DNA of 64,000 nt from positions 103,604-167,603 of the forward strand of contig JBDRPX010000004.1 of the NCBI GenBank assembly GCA_043826565.1. Direction: 5' to 3'. Source of the stretch: Candidatus Omnitrophota bacterium (GTDB lineage Bacteria; Omnitrophota; Gorgyraeia; B26-G9). Of this stretch, positions 53,626 through 62,190 are shown piece after piece. Below the pieces are notes generated by a model, which worked only from the letters and a program-made list of their open reading frames with translations, did not search any database and was not told the DNA's origin. The position numbers and the translations under genes are program-made. Each line of letters begins with the position of its first letter. Position 1 is the stretch's first letter.

Positions 53626-55332
53626 GTGAGAGTGGGATTAAGATTTAAAACAATAGGTGATGTCTTAAAAGAGCGCGGTTTGATTGCGGAAGAAGAATTG
53701 CGCGAGGGGCTTGAACATCAAAAAGTGAGCGGCCTTTCTTTAGGGCGCATTCTGATTAATCTGGGATATATTACCGAAAGGGATCTCTTAAATGCTTTAG
53801 GAGTCCAGGCGAATATGGATCCGATTGATCCTGCTCATATACAGATACCGAAGGAAGTCCTTGATAAAATTCCCGGGGCAATTGCTAAACTATATAACAT
53901 CGTACCGGTTGCTTTTGAGGGGAATACTTTGGTTATTGCAACTTCCGAACCGCTGAATTTCAGTATCTTTGATGATTTAAGGTTTATGTTCAACTTTAAT
54001 ATCAAAGGTAAGGTGGCTACTTATACAAATATTTCCCGGGCGATCAAAAAATATTACGGCAGTGAAGCGGATAGTGTAGACGAAATATTTTCCGAGATCA
54101 GTAAAAAAATCCCTAACCTGCTTGAAGGCGATGAAAAAATTGAAAGTATCGAGGAAATATCTTCGCAGCTTCCGATCGTTAAGCTTATTAACATTATTCT
54201 TATTCAGGCAATAAAAAAGAAAGCTTCCGATATCCATTTTGAACCTTTTCAGGATGAATTTAAGATCAGGTATCGGCTTGACGGGATGCTCTATGATATT
54301 GTATCGCCTCCGAAAAAACTGCATCTGGCGATTACTTCCCGAATTAAGGTCATGGCTAATTTAAATATAGCGGAAACGCGTCTTCCCCAGGACGGCAGGA
54401 TATTTGTGCGTATTGGCGGAAGAATGGTTGACCTGAGAGTTTCTACTTTGCCGACTATCTTTGGAGAAAGCGTAGTTATCCGCATTTTAGATAAAGCGAC
54501 GGTTCAGCTTTCTTTGCATGATTTAGGATTTGAGAATGATGTGCGGAAGAAAGTAGAAGGGCTGATAAAAAAGCCGTACGGGATTATTTTGAGTACCGGG
54601 CCTACCGGCTGCGGAAAAACCACGACACAGTATTCCTGTTTAAGTAGTATAAATAATGTTGCGCTGAAAATTATCACGGTTGAGGACCCGGTGGAATTTG
54701 ATTTGTCGGGGCTGGTGCAGGTTTCTGTGCGGCCGAAGATCGATCTTACTTTTCCGGTTGTGCTGCGGCACATTCTCCGGCAAGATCCGGATATTATAAT
54801 GGTCGGGGAAATAAGAGATGCGGAGACCGTACAAATGGCGATCCATGCTTCTTTAACCGGCCATCTGGTTTTTTCTACTCTACACACAAATGACGCGCCC
54901 AGTGCGGTTACCCGTCTTATTGATATGGGAGTTGAACCTTTTCTGATCGCTTCTGCGGTGGAAGCTATTTTGGCGCAGCGTTTGGTAAGGGTTATTTGCC
55001 CGGATTGCAAAAAAGAATATACGCCTACTCAAAAAGAGATAGAGGAATTGAATCTGACAACGGAATTCTGGAAGGGGAAAGCATTTTATTCGGGAACAGG
55101 TTGCGAGAAATGTAATAATACGGGATATAAAGGAAGATCAGGAATTTTTGAACTGATGGTTTTGGATGAAGATATCCGTTCCTTGATTTTAGACAGGGCG
55201 TCTGTGTCGGATCTAAGGAACCAGGCAATTAAAAACGGCATGCGTACTTTACGCGAAGACGGATTGTTGAAAGTTTTTCAGGGGATAACAACTTTAGAAG
55301 AATTAATAAATGTAACGACGGGATACGCATGA
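53626..55332 (+). CDS. second PilB/GspE-family assembly ATPase
   Basis: GTG start abutting the pilT stop. STGPTGCGKTTT; tetracysteine CPDCKKEY...GCEKCNNTGY. Confidence 0.8.
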   Translation: MRVGLRFKTIGDVLKERGLIAEEELREGLEHQKVSGLSLGRILINLGYITERDLLNALGVQANMDPIDPAHIQIPKEVLDKIPGAIAKLYNIVPVAFEGNTLVIATSEPLNFSIFDDLRFMFNFNIKGKVATYTNISRAIKKYYGSEADSVDEIFSEISKKIPNLLEGDEKIESIEEISSQLPIVKLINIILIQAIKKKASDIHFEPFQDEFKIRYRLDGMLYDIVSPPKKLHLAITSRIKVMANLNIAETRLPQDGRIFVRIGGRMVDLRVSTLPTIFGESVVIRILDKATVQLSLHDLGFENDVRKKVEGLIKKPYGIILSTGPTGCGKTTTQYSCLSSINNVALKIITVEDPVEFDLSGLVQVSVRPKIDLTFPVVLRHILRQDPDIIMVGEIRDAETVQMAIHASLTGHLVFSTLHTNDAPSAVTRLIDMGVEPFLIASAVEAILAQRLVRVICPDCKKEYTPTQKEIEELNLTTEFWKGKAFYSGTGCEKCNNTGYKGRSGIFELMVLDEDIRSLILDRASVSDLRNQAIKNGMRTLREDGLLKVFQGITTLEELINVTTGYA

Positions 55333-55697
55333 AAATAAGTCAAAACTTAAAAGAGTAATACAAAACAAAAAAGTATTTTTTAATAATTTAGAAATATTGT
55401 ACTTTAATAAAGTGATATTTGTATATTTTGTTAACTATATATTTTCTCATAACGGCACAATTTTCCCGTACCGGGCGCGAAAAATCAGCTAAAAATCACC
55501 TCCCGGACTGACGGGCTCGGCAATTTTCTTAACGCTAATTTTTTGCTAAAATTGTGAGTTGTTCAAAACCATATAGATTAACAACTCGGTTAACACATCT
55601 TTGTTATATTACAGTAATATTTTTTAATTTTGATTTGTCATTTTGACTTTTGCTTTTTGAATTTTGAATTAGTTAATAATAGGATATTTATAAAATT

Positions 55698-56942
55698 ATG
55701 TCATTATTCGATTATACGGCAATTAATAAAGAAGGCAAAGAAGTTACCGGAGAGCTCGAAGCTGTTTCTGTTTCCGAGGTTGTGGGGGTTTTACGTTCAA
55801 AACATCTTTTTTCCGTTGAAGTTGTTCCCGCGGGTACAGCAAATAAAAAGAAGAGGTTGTTGTCCGGATTTATCAGTAGGTTAAAATTGTTTTCTAAATC
55901 GCGCCGGATAAAACCGCAGGATCTTGTTATTTTCACCCGGCAGCTTGCCGTATTGATTGATGCCGGATTACCTTTAGTGCAGGCATTGTATACTTTGCAG
56001 CGGCAGGCACGTTTTCAGGAGATGAGTGAACTTATTGCTGAGTTGATTGACGCTATTGAATCAGGAAGAACTTTAAGTGACGCATTATCGATTTATCCGG
56101 AATCCTTTTCAAAAGTGTATATAAATATTGTAAAAGCCGGAGAGACCGGAGGTGCTTTGGATGTTGTATTGAAGCGTTTAGCTGATTATCTGGAAAGGAA
56201 TCTGCGGTTGCAGCAGCGTATTCATTCCGCTCTGATCTATCCGGCACTGGTATTGGTTATCGCCGTAATAATTTTAACGATTATTATTACTTTTGTTATT
56301 CCCAGCTTTATGGCTTTATTCGAAGATACGGGAATCCCATTGCCTTTATTAACGCAGGCAATCTTAAATATTACAACGTTTTTGCGGATGCGCTGGTATT
56401 TGTTTGCCGGGTTTTTGGTAATAGTTGTTTTTGGATATAATATATTATTGCAGAATCTTAAGTTTAAGTATTTAAAAGATAAAGTTAAACTTAATTTACC
56501 TGTTTTCGGAGCGCTGACAAGTAAAATAATTGCGGCCCGTTTTTCACGGACTCTGGCAACACTGATGAGCGGAGGTGTGCATATCTTACGTGCTTTAGAG
56601 CTAACCAAAGAAGTTAGCGGAAATTTAGTTATGGAAAAGGAAATTGATACGGTCTATGACAGTGTCCGGGAAGGCGGTTTTATTGCCAAGGTTCTGGAGA
56701 ACAGCGGAGTTTTTCCTCAGCTTATGGTTGATATGATTTCTGTGGGAGAAGAAAGCGGATCTCTGGATAAAATGCTTTCTAAAGTTGCGGATACTTTTGA
56801 GGAGGAGGTTGAAATTACGGCCAGTAGTTTAACTTCATTGCTTGAACCGGCGCTTATTGTGATCATGGGTGGTATTGTCGGCCTTATAGTTCTGGCCATG
56901 TTCTTACCTCTTATAAGTTTAATAAAATCGTTAACCATATGA
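55698..56942 (+). CDS. pilC: PilC/GspF-family platform protein
   Basis: Two T2SSF repeats (AGLPLVQAL..., LEPALIVIMGGIVGLIVLAMF). Confidence 0.8.
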   Translation: MSLFDYTAINKEGKEVTGELEAVSVSEVVGVLRSKHLFSVEVVPAGTANKKKRLLSGFISRLKLFSKSRRIKPQDLVIFTRQLAVLIDAGLPLVQALYTLQRQARFQEMSELIAELIDAIESGRTLSDALSIYPESFSKVYINIVKAGETGGALDVVLKRLADYLERNLRLQQRIHSALIYPALVLVIAVIILTIIITFVIPSFMALFEDTGIPLPLLTQAILNITTFLRMRWYLFAGFLVIVVFGYNILLQNLKFKYLKDKVKLNLPVFGALTSKIIAARFSRTLATLMSGGVHILRALELTKEVSGNLVMEKEIDTVYDSVREGGFIAKVLENSGVFPQLMVDMISVGEESGSLDKMLSKVADTFEEEVEITASSLTSLLEPALIVIMGGIVGLIVLAMFLPLISLIKSLTI

Positions 56943-57015
56943 AAATATTATAGTTACGAATTCCGATATACTTAAAATATTAGCTTTTAAATTCATTGGT
57001 TTGCGCGGGTTGCTA

Positions 57016-57044
57016 TTGACAAAATCATATAAATATGATATAAC
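57016..57044 (+). promoter_or_regulatory. near-consensus sigma70 promoter upstream of the pilM operon
   Basis: TTGACA at 57016-57021, a 17-nt spacer, then TATAAC at 57039-57044. This leaves a ~175-nt 5' leader containing a hairpin AGAACTG/CAGTTCT. Confidence 0.5.
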
Positions 57045-57219
57045 ATAACATATACATTTTGAGTGAGTTAGAACTGGCCAGCAGTTCTAAGCAAAGAAGT
57101 CTTACCTTTAAACACCCTTTCAAGGAAGAGGGGGGAAGGAACTTAAAGGATTAGGCCATGTATAAATTTTTTGGCTTACCTATAAAATAATCAGGAAGGA
57201 TTTTCACTATAGGTGTAAT

Positions 57220-58818
57220 ATGTCTATTTCAGGAAAGCACTTATTTTTAGGAGTTGATATCGGGGCAAGTGCCGTTAAAATTTGCCTATTGAGCAAAGAG
57301 CCGGGAGGGCGTTTAAAACTGCTCAAAGCTGTCTGTGAAGAATACGGCAGTTCCTCAGACACCCTACCGCAATATCAGCCGGCAATGCTGGGGTATATTC
57401 TTAAAAAATTCCTGAGCAAAGAGAAAGTATTAAAAAATATCAAGACGGGAATTTCTATTGCCGGGCAAGCGGCTTTTGTCCGTTTAGTGGATATTCCGGT
57501 TACCGCGCCCAAAAAGCTGCGTCAGATAGTACTTTATGAAACTCAGCAGCAAATCCCTTTTCCGATAAAAGATGTTGTCTGGGATTTTCAGATCTGCGGC
57601 AAAGATAATAATCAGCTTAGTGTGCTCTTAGCCGCAGTTAAAAAAGAACTTATTACATCTATTCTTGATATTACTGAGGAATGCGGGCTGGATGTGGAAT
57701 TTGTTGATGTAAGCAACTTATCTGTATACAATAGTGTTCAATATTTTTCCCGAAATTTGCAGAATACGCTGATTTTAGACTGTGGGGCCAAAACAACTAA
57801 TATTATTGTTGTGGATTCTCAGAAAATATGGACAAGAAGCTTACCGATTGGCGGAGAGGATATTACCGAAGCCATTGCTTCTTCTCTGAATATGGATCGG
57901 ATAACTGCCGAAAGAATAAAAAAGGAAAAAGGCAAAATCCTGATGCTCTATTATGGTAAAGAGAACTACGAATCCGAAGAAGAAGGGAAAATTGCCGAGA
58001 CGATTACGAATGTCCTTACGGACTTAACAAATGAAATTGTAAATACACTTAATTTTTATCGTTCCCAAGCTGATTCTCCGATGGATTTCAGGAAAGTATT
58101 ACTTACCGGGGGAGTCAGCAAACTTGAAAATATTGATAAGTTTTTTGAAAACAGCTTATCTATTCCGGCAGAGAAAGTTGATTTTTTTAGTGTCTTAAAT
58201 GTTCATCCCGATGTGGATGTCCAGAAAAATGAGTTTTTAGGCGGAGCGATCGGCGCGGCTTTAAGGGGCATGGGCCGTTCTGCGGTAAACATCAATCTCC
58301 TGCCGCAAGAGCAATTGCGGATTAACCGGTTTGCTAAGAAAAAACCGTTTATTATTGCTTCGGTTGTATTTTTGTTATTAATTTTAGTAAGTTCTAATAT
58401 TTTTATTTTTAAAAAGTATTTTTTAAATAGAAGATATTTTGATAAAGTTGAGCTTGCCGTTACTCAATATCAGCGCAATGAAAAAAATCAGGAACAGATC
58501 CAGGCAGAGATCAGTGGTTATAATAAAAGAGTGGAGGATATGTCGCGGGCATTTGTGAATAAATATTCGGCGGTTAATACGATTGAGAGTTTAGCGCAAG
58601 CTATGCCGGATTCTATTTGGATAAAAAGTTTAACTGCGAACTGGGAAAAGGACAGCTTGGAATTACACGGATACTGCGAGGGGCCATTGGTAGAAATCGG
58701 AACATTCCAGGAGAGCCTAAAACAGAAAGATAATATTCTAGACGCTAGTATTGTAACTGTAGGTAAAGAAGAGGCCGGTAAGATTGGTTTTTCCATGAGA
58801 GTATCTTTGAGGAAATAA
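57220..58818 (+). CDS. PilM-PilN fusion (actin-like ATPase domain + TM + PilN-like domain)
   Basis: PilM-like N-terminus LFLGVDIGASAVKICL, an internal TM helix (FIIASVVFLLLILVSSNIFIF) and a coiled-coil periplasmic tail. Confidence 0.6.
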   Translation: MSISGKHLFLGVDIGASAVKICLLSKEPGGRLKLLKAVCEEYGSSSDTLPQYQPAMLGYILKKFLSKEKVLKNIKTGISIAGQAAFVRLVDIPVTAPKKLRQIVLYETQQQIPFPIKDVVWDFQICGKDNNQLSVLLAAVKKELITSILDITEECGLDVEFVDVSNLSVYNSVQYFSRNLQNTLILDCGAKTTNIIVVDSQKIWTRSLPIGGEDITEAIASSLNMDRITAERIKKEKGKILMLYYGKENYESEEEGKIAETITNVLTDLTNEIVNTLNFYRSQADSPMDFRKVLLTGGVSKLENIDKFFENSLSIPAEKVDFFSVLNVHPDVDVQKNEFLGGAIGAALRGMGRSAVNINLLPQEQLRINRFAKKKPFIIASVVFLLLILVSSNIFIFKKYFLNRRYFDKVELAVTQYQRNEKNQEQIQAEISGYNKRVEDMSRAFVNKYSAVNTIESLAQAMPDSIWIKSLTANWEKDSLELHGYCEGPLVEIGTFQESLKQKDNILDASIVTVGKEEAGKIGFSMRVSLRK

Positions 58819-59552
58819 TGATAAAAGATAAATTGTTTTACAATAAATTCAGAAATACACTGGTTTTGATCACGGTATTAAGCATTGCGTGTATCAGTAT
58901 GGCCATACTGATACTAATGGGTTTATATATGAATCACTGTGTAACATTAAATACCGCGGGTATTGAAAAAGACCTACAAAAATATGTTAATGCTTACGGG
59001 GTTGCTCCGGATGAAGTTGTGGAAAAACAGGAATTTATAAAAAAAGATTTAAAACAAAAGTATGACGAGTATGCGGCAATATTTAGTTCTCAGGCCGAAT
59101 CAGAGCAGGTTATAAGTCCTCTGGTGTTTAAAGAGAGGCTTTTTGGGTACGAGGACAGAGTCCGGTCAAAAGCAGCCAAGAATGGAGTTCTCCTGCCGGC
59201 GTCTTTAGGATTTAAGGAATTTGAACTGGAGGTTCCCCCACAGTCTCAGTCTTTGATTTTAAGCCGGGAGCTTTTTGCCGCGGAAGAACTTTTGTTGTTA
59301 TTAATTAAAGATGGAATTTCTGCGATTAATAAGATAGAACTCGTCCATGAACTAAAGCAGTCGATCATAAGTACATTTCCGGTCAAGATGTCTTTTGATG
59401 CGGATTTTGAGGTAATAAACAAATTTTTTAAAGACCTTTCTGATTTAAATACAGTATATATAGTAAAAGAGATGACGATAGAACAGAAAGAAGATCATCC
59501 GAAACTGCTTACGGTTGGTCTGGAACTTGAGTATAACGAAATTCGGAAATGA
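58818..59552 (+). CDS. PilO-like bitopic membrane protein
   Basis: N-terminal TM helix (LVLITVLSIACISMAILILMGLY). A 1-nt TAATG overlap with the upstream gene indicates translational coupling. Confidence 0.4.
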   Translation: MIKDKLFYNKFRNTLVLITVLSIACISMAILILMGLYMNHCVTLNTAGIEKDLQKYVNAYGVAPDEVVEKQEFIKKDLKQKYDEYAAIFSSQAESEQVISPLVFKERLFGYEDRVRSKAAKNGVLLPASLGFKEFELEVPPQSQSLILSRELFAAEELLLLLIKDGISAINKIELVHELKQSIISTFPVKMSFDADFEVINKFFKDLSDLNTVYIVKEMTIEQKEDHPKLLTVGLELEYNEIRK

Positions 59553-59553
59553 C

Positions 59554-60279
59554 ATGAAAACTATATTAAATAAAGATTGGGAAAAAATTAGTTTTATTAT
59601 TATGTTCCTGCTGATGATTGTGGTGATAACCTCATGCGCCCGGGCCGGAACTACTTATAAATTACATATTGATAAAAAAGAATCATTGCTCGGTAAAAAT
59701 GGCTTTGACTTTAATGATTGGCAAAAAGAGTATTTAGATACATCTCCGAGAGGACTAGAGCTTATTAAAGAGTCGATGCTTAAGCAGAGTGCTGAAGGTC
59801 TCAAAAGAAATATATTTACTAAGTTTGAAAAGCCCAAGGAAGTAGTTACAGATATTTCCGAACTAAACGGTCCGATATTTGAGCTTTTGGAAACCGGTTA
59901 CCAGATATTAGGTATTTATTATTGGGGAAGAGTAATTTTTGACGGCGGAGAGATTATTGCCCAGGTTAATTTTAAAGACCGTACTTATTTGGTTAAAGTA
60001 GGCTCTAAGGTTGGGCCTTATTCAGTGACTGCGCTTGAATATAATAGTATTATTTTAGAAGATGAGAATGCTAATATTATTGAGATTGAATATCGGAAAA
60101 CAGCATATAGCCAAAGCCGCATGGCTAAAATAAAAGAATATAATTCTCAGCGTACACTTGTCGTTAATAAAGATAGTGAATTGTTTGGATATAAGGTGCT
60201 TGACATCCAGGAAGATTATGTGTTAGTATCTGACCAAGTAGAGCACCTGAAGTTAGAGAAAGGAATGGTGCATAAATGA
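59554..60279 (+). CDS. PilP-like lipoprotein
   Basis: Lipobox VVITS|C after a signal helix. ATG 59554 directly follows the pilO-like stop. It sits between the pilO-like gene and the secretin. Confidence 0.4.
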   Translation: MKTILNKDWEKISFIIMFLLMIVVITSCARAGTTYKLHIDKKESLLGKNGFDFNDWQKEYLDTSPRGLELIKESMLKQSAEGLKRNIFTKFEKPKEVVTDISELNGPIFELLETGYQILGIYYWGRVIFDGGEIIAQVNFKDRTYLVKVGSKVGPYSVTALEYNSIILEDENANIIEIEYRKTAYSQSRMAKIKEYNSQRTLVVNKDSELFGYKVLDIQEDYVLVSDQVEHLKLEKGMVHK

Positions 60280-62105
60280 AACGATTTATCTTCATATTAA
60301 TCCTCTTGTCCTTGTTCTTCGGTTTGCAAAATTTTGCTTTTTCCCAAGGAGATTTAAGCGGTTTTGATCGTGAACAGGCTTGTGCTATTGCGCAGGAAAT
60401 CGCCCAGGAAAAAGCTTTTGAGCAGGAGCAGGACGGAGCTCAGACAAGCTATACCAGTGCGAAAAATTATACTTTGGGTTCAGACCGGAAAGTTGAAATA
60501 TTAAAAGAAGCGCAGCGCCGGGCGGATTTAGACAAAAAAGTTATTCAGCAAAAGAGAGTTCTGGATGTAGAAAAAGCATGGTTAGTCGATGAACCCGGGG
60601 TGACAACAACTTATACTCTTGAACGCAAAACATCGAGCCTGCTTAAAGAAAAAGCTCAGATAAAAATTGTTAGTATCGATTTTAGTGATGCTCAGCTTAA
60701 AAAAGTATTTGAGTATTTGTCTGATGCCAGCGGTATAAATATAATTTTTGATGAAGCTGCGGTAAACCGAGCCGGAAGTATTAGTATTCATGTTAAGAAT
60801 GTAACCGTAATTAAAGCCCTGGAGATGATTATCCGGACTAAAGGTTTGGGCTATCGTTTTGAAGAAGACTATATCTGGATCACCTCAAAAGATGGTATTA
60901 AAAATGAAAATATGGTTACTAAAATTTTTAGTCTTTCCCAGGGGTTAGCGACATTTACGACTTTTACGACTTTTGATACGGTAACAGTAAAAGCCTTGCG
61001 TTCAGATGGAAGAATTGTTATGCCGGGTGAGGAGAATGGGGAGGATTATCGGGGTAACGGTAAGGGCGTAAATACCTATGAAGGAGTAAAAATCGGCGGT
61101 TCCGGAGGAGTTGACGGAAAATTATCTCTAACGGTTAAAGATGTTTTAAAAGAAATCATTCCCTGGCCCGAAGGCAGCAGTATATTTTTAGACCATCGTA
61201 CCAGTACATTAATTGTGCGTAATACACCTACGAACTTATCTATGATCGATCAGGCTTTAGAAGTTCTTGACGTAGCTCCTCCTCAGGTTATGATCGAAGC
61301 GCGGTTTGTGGAGATCGGAGATGATGACCTGTTTTCTTTAGGGTTAAAGCTTTCTTCAGAAGTTAGCGCAACGGGTGCTAAACAACCGAATTCTTATCCG
61401 TTTAATAGGAATGAAAGTAATAAGTTGGTTAGCCCTTTTCCCGCGGCAAATGCAGAAGATTTTTCTTTTGGTACTTTAGATTTTTCTCAATTCCAAGCGG
61501 TATTATCGGCAATAGAACAGAATGATAGCAGTAATACTTTGTCTTCACCGAAAATTACTACGATCAGCGGACAGGAAGCGATTATTAAAATTGTCAAAGA
61601 ATATCGTTATCCGACGAAATATGACCTTCAGTCATTTGACATTGTGGTTAACGGAGAATCCCGGACCCAGTATCTTTCTGTACCGGCGGATTTTAAGACC
61701 AGAGATATCGGGATCATTTTAAAAGTTACTCCAAATATTGGAACTGACGGAAAAACAATTAATTTGACCTTAGTTCCGGAAGTAAGTGAGTTTGATATTA
61801 CCGCGGATATGTACAATTATGGGACCGCGGATAATCCTTATTTACAGCCGTTTTTTTCCGTACGCAATTGTACTGCCAGCATTGTGGTCAATAACAATGA
61901 TACGGTCGTTATGGGCGGTTTAATGAGAGAAGTAGAAGAAAATACGATTGACCGTGTGCCGATTTTAGGCAGTCTGCCGCTAATCGGCAAATTATTCAGC
62001 CGAAAATATGAAAATAAGCAGAAGAGAAATCTGCTGATATTTGTTACTGCGCGGGTTATGGCGCCTACCGGCGAAACCGTGCAGAGTGCTAAGAATGTCA
62101 GATAA
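60276..62105 (+). CDS. pilQ: type IV pilus / T2SS secretin (PilQ/GspD family)
   Basis: Signal peptide, then the C-terminal secretin motif VPILGSLPLIGKLFSRKYENKQKRNLLIFVTARV. Confidence 0.8.
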   Translation: MKRFIFILILLSLFFGLQNFAFSQGDLSGFDREQACAIAQEIAQEKAFEQEQDGAQTSYTSAKNYTLGSDRKVEILKEAQRRADLDKKVIQQKRVLDVEKAWLVDEPGVTTTYTLERKTSSLLKEKAQIKIVSIDFSDAQLKKVFEYLSDASGINIIFDEAAVNRAGSISIHVKNVTVIKALEMIIRTKGLGYRFEEDYIWITSKDGIKNENMVTKIFSLSQGLATFTTFTTFDTVTVKALRSDGRIVMPGEENGEDYRGNGKGVNTYEGVKIGGSGGVDGKLSLTVKDVLKEIIPWPEGSSIFLDHRTSTLIVRNTPTNLSMIDQALEVLDVAPPQVMIEARFVEIGDDDLFSLGLKLSSEVSATGAKQPNSYPFNRNESNKLVSPFPAANAEDFSFGTLDFSQFQAVLSAIEQNDSSNTLSSPKITTISGQEAIIKIVKEYRYPTKYDLQSFDIVVNGESRTQYLSVPADFKTRDIGIILKVTPNIGTDGKTINLTLVPEVSEFDITADMYNYGTADNPYLQPFFSVRNCTASIVVNNNDTVVMGGLMREVEENTIDRVPILGSLPLIGKLFSRKYENKQKRNLLIFVTARVMAPTGETVQSAKNVR

Positions 62106-62190
62106 TTATCGCAGAATCCGGAATCTAAATGGGGGCTCACGCCGTTAAAAATTAATCCTCTTAGCTAAAGAGACAACTATTCCCTGGTTA

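Noticed and set aside
54504-55010. 168-aa minus-strand ORF and other minus-strand ORFs across the pil/gsp/atp genes (for example 53142..53411, 56237..56608, 61838..62140)
   Set aside because: All lie antisense within well-supported + strand genes with recognisable conserved motifs, so they are shadow ORFs.
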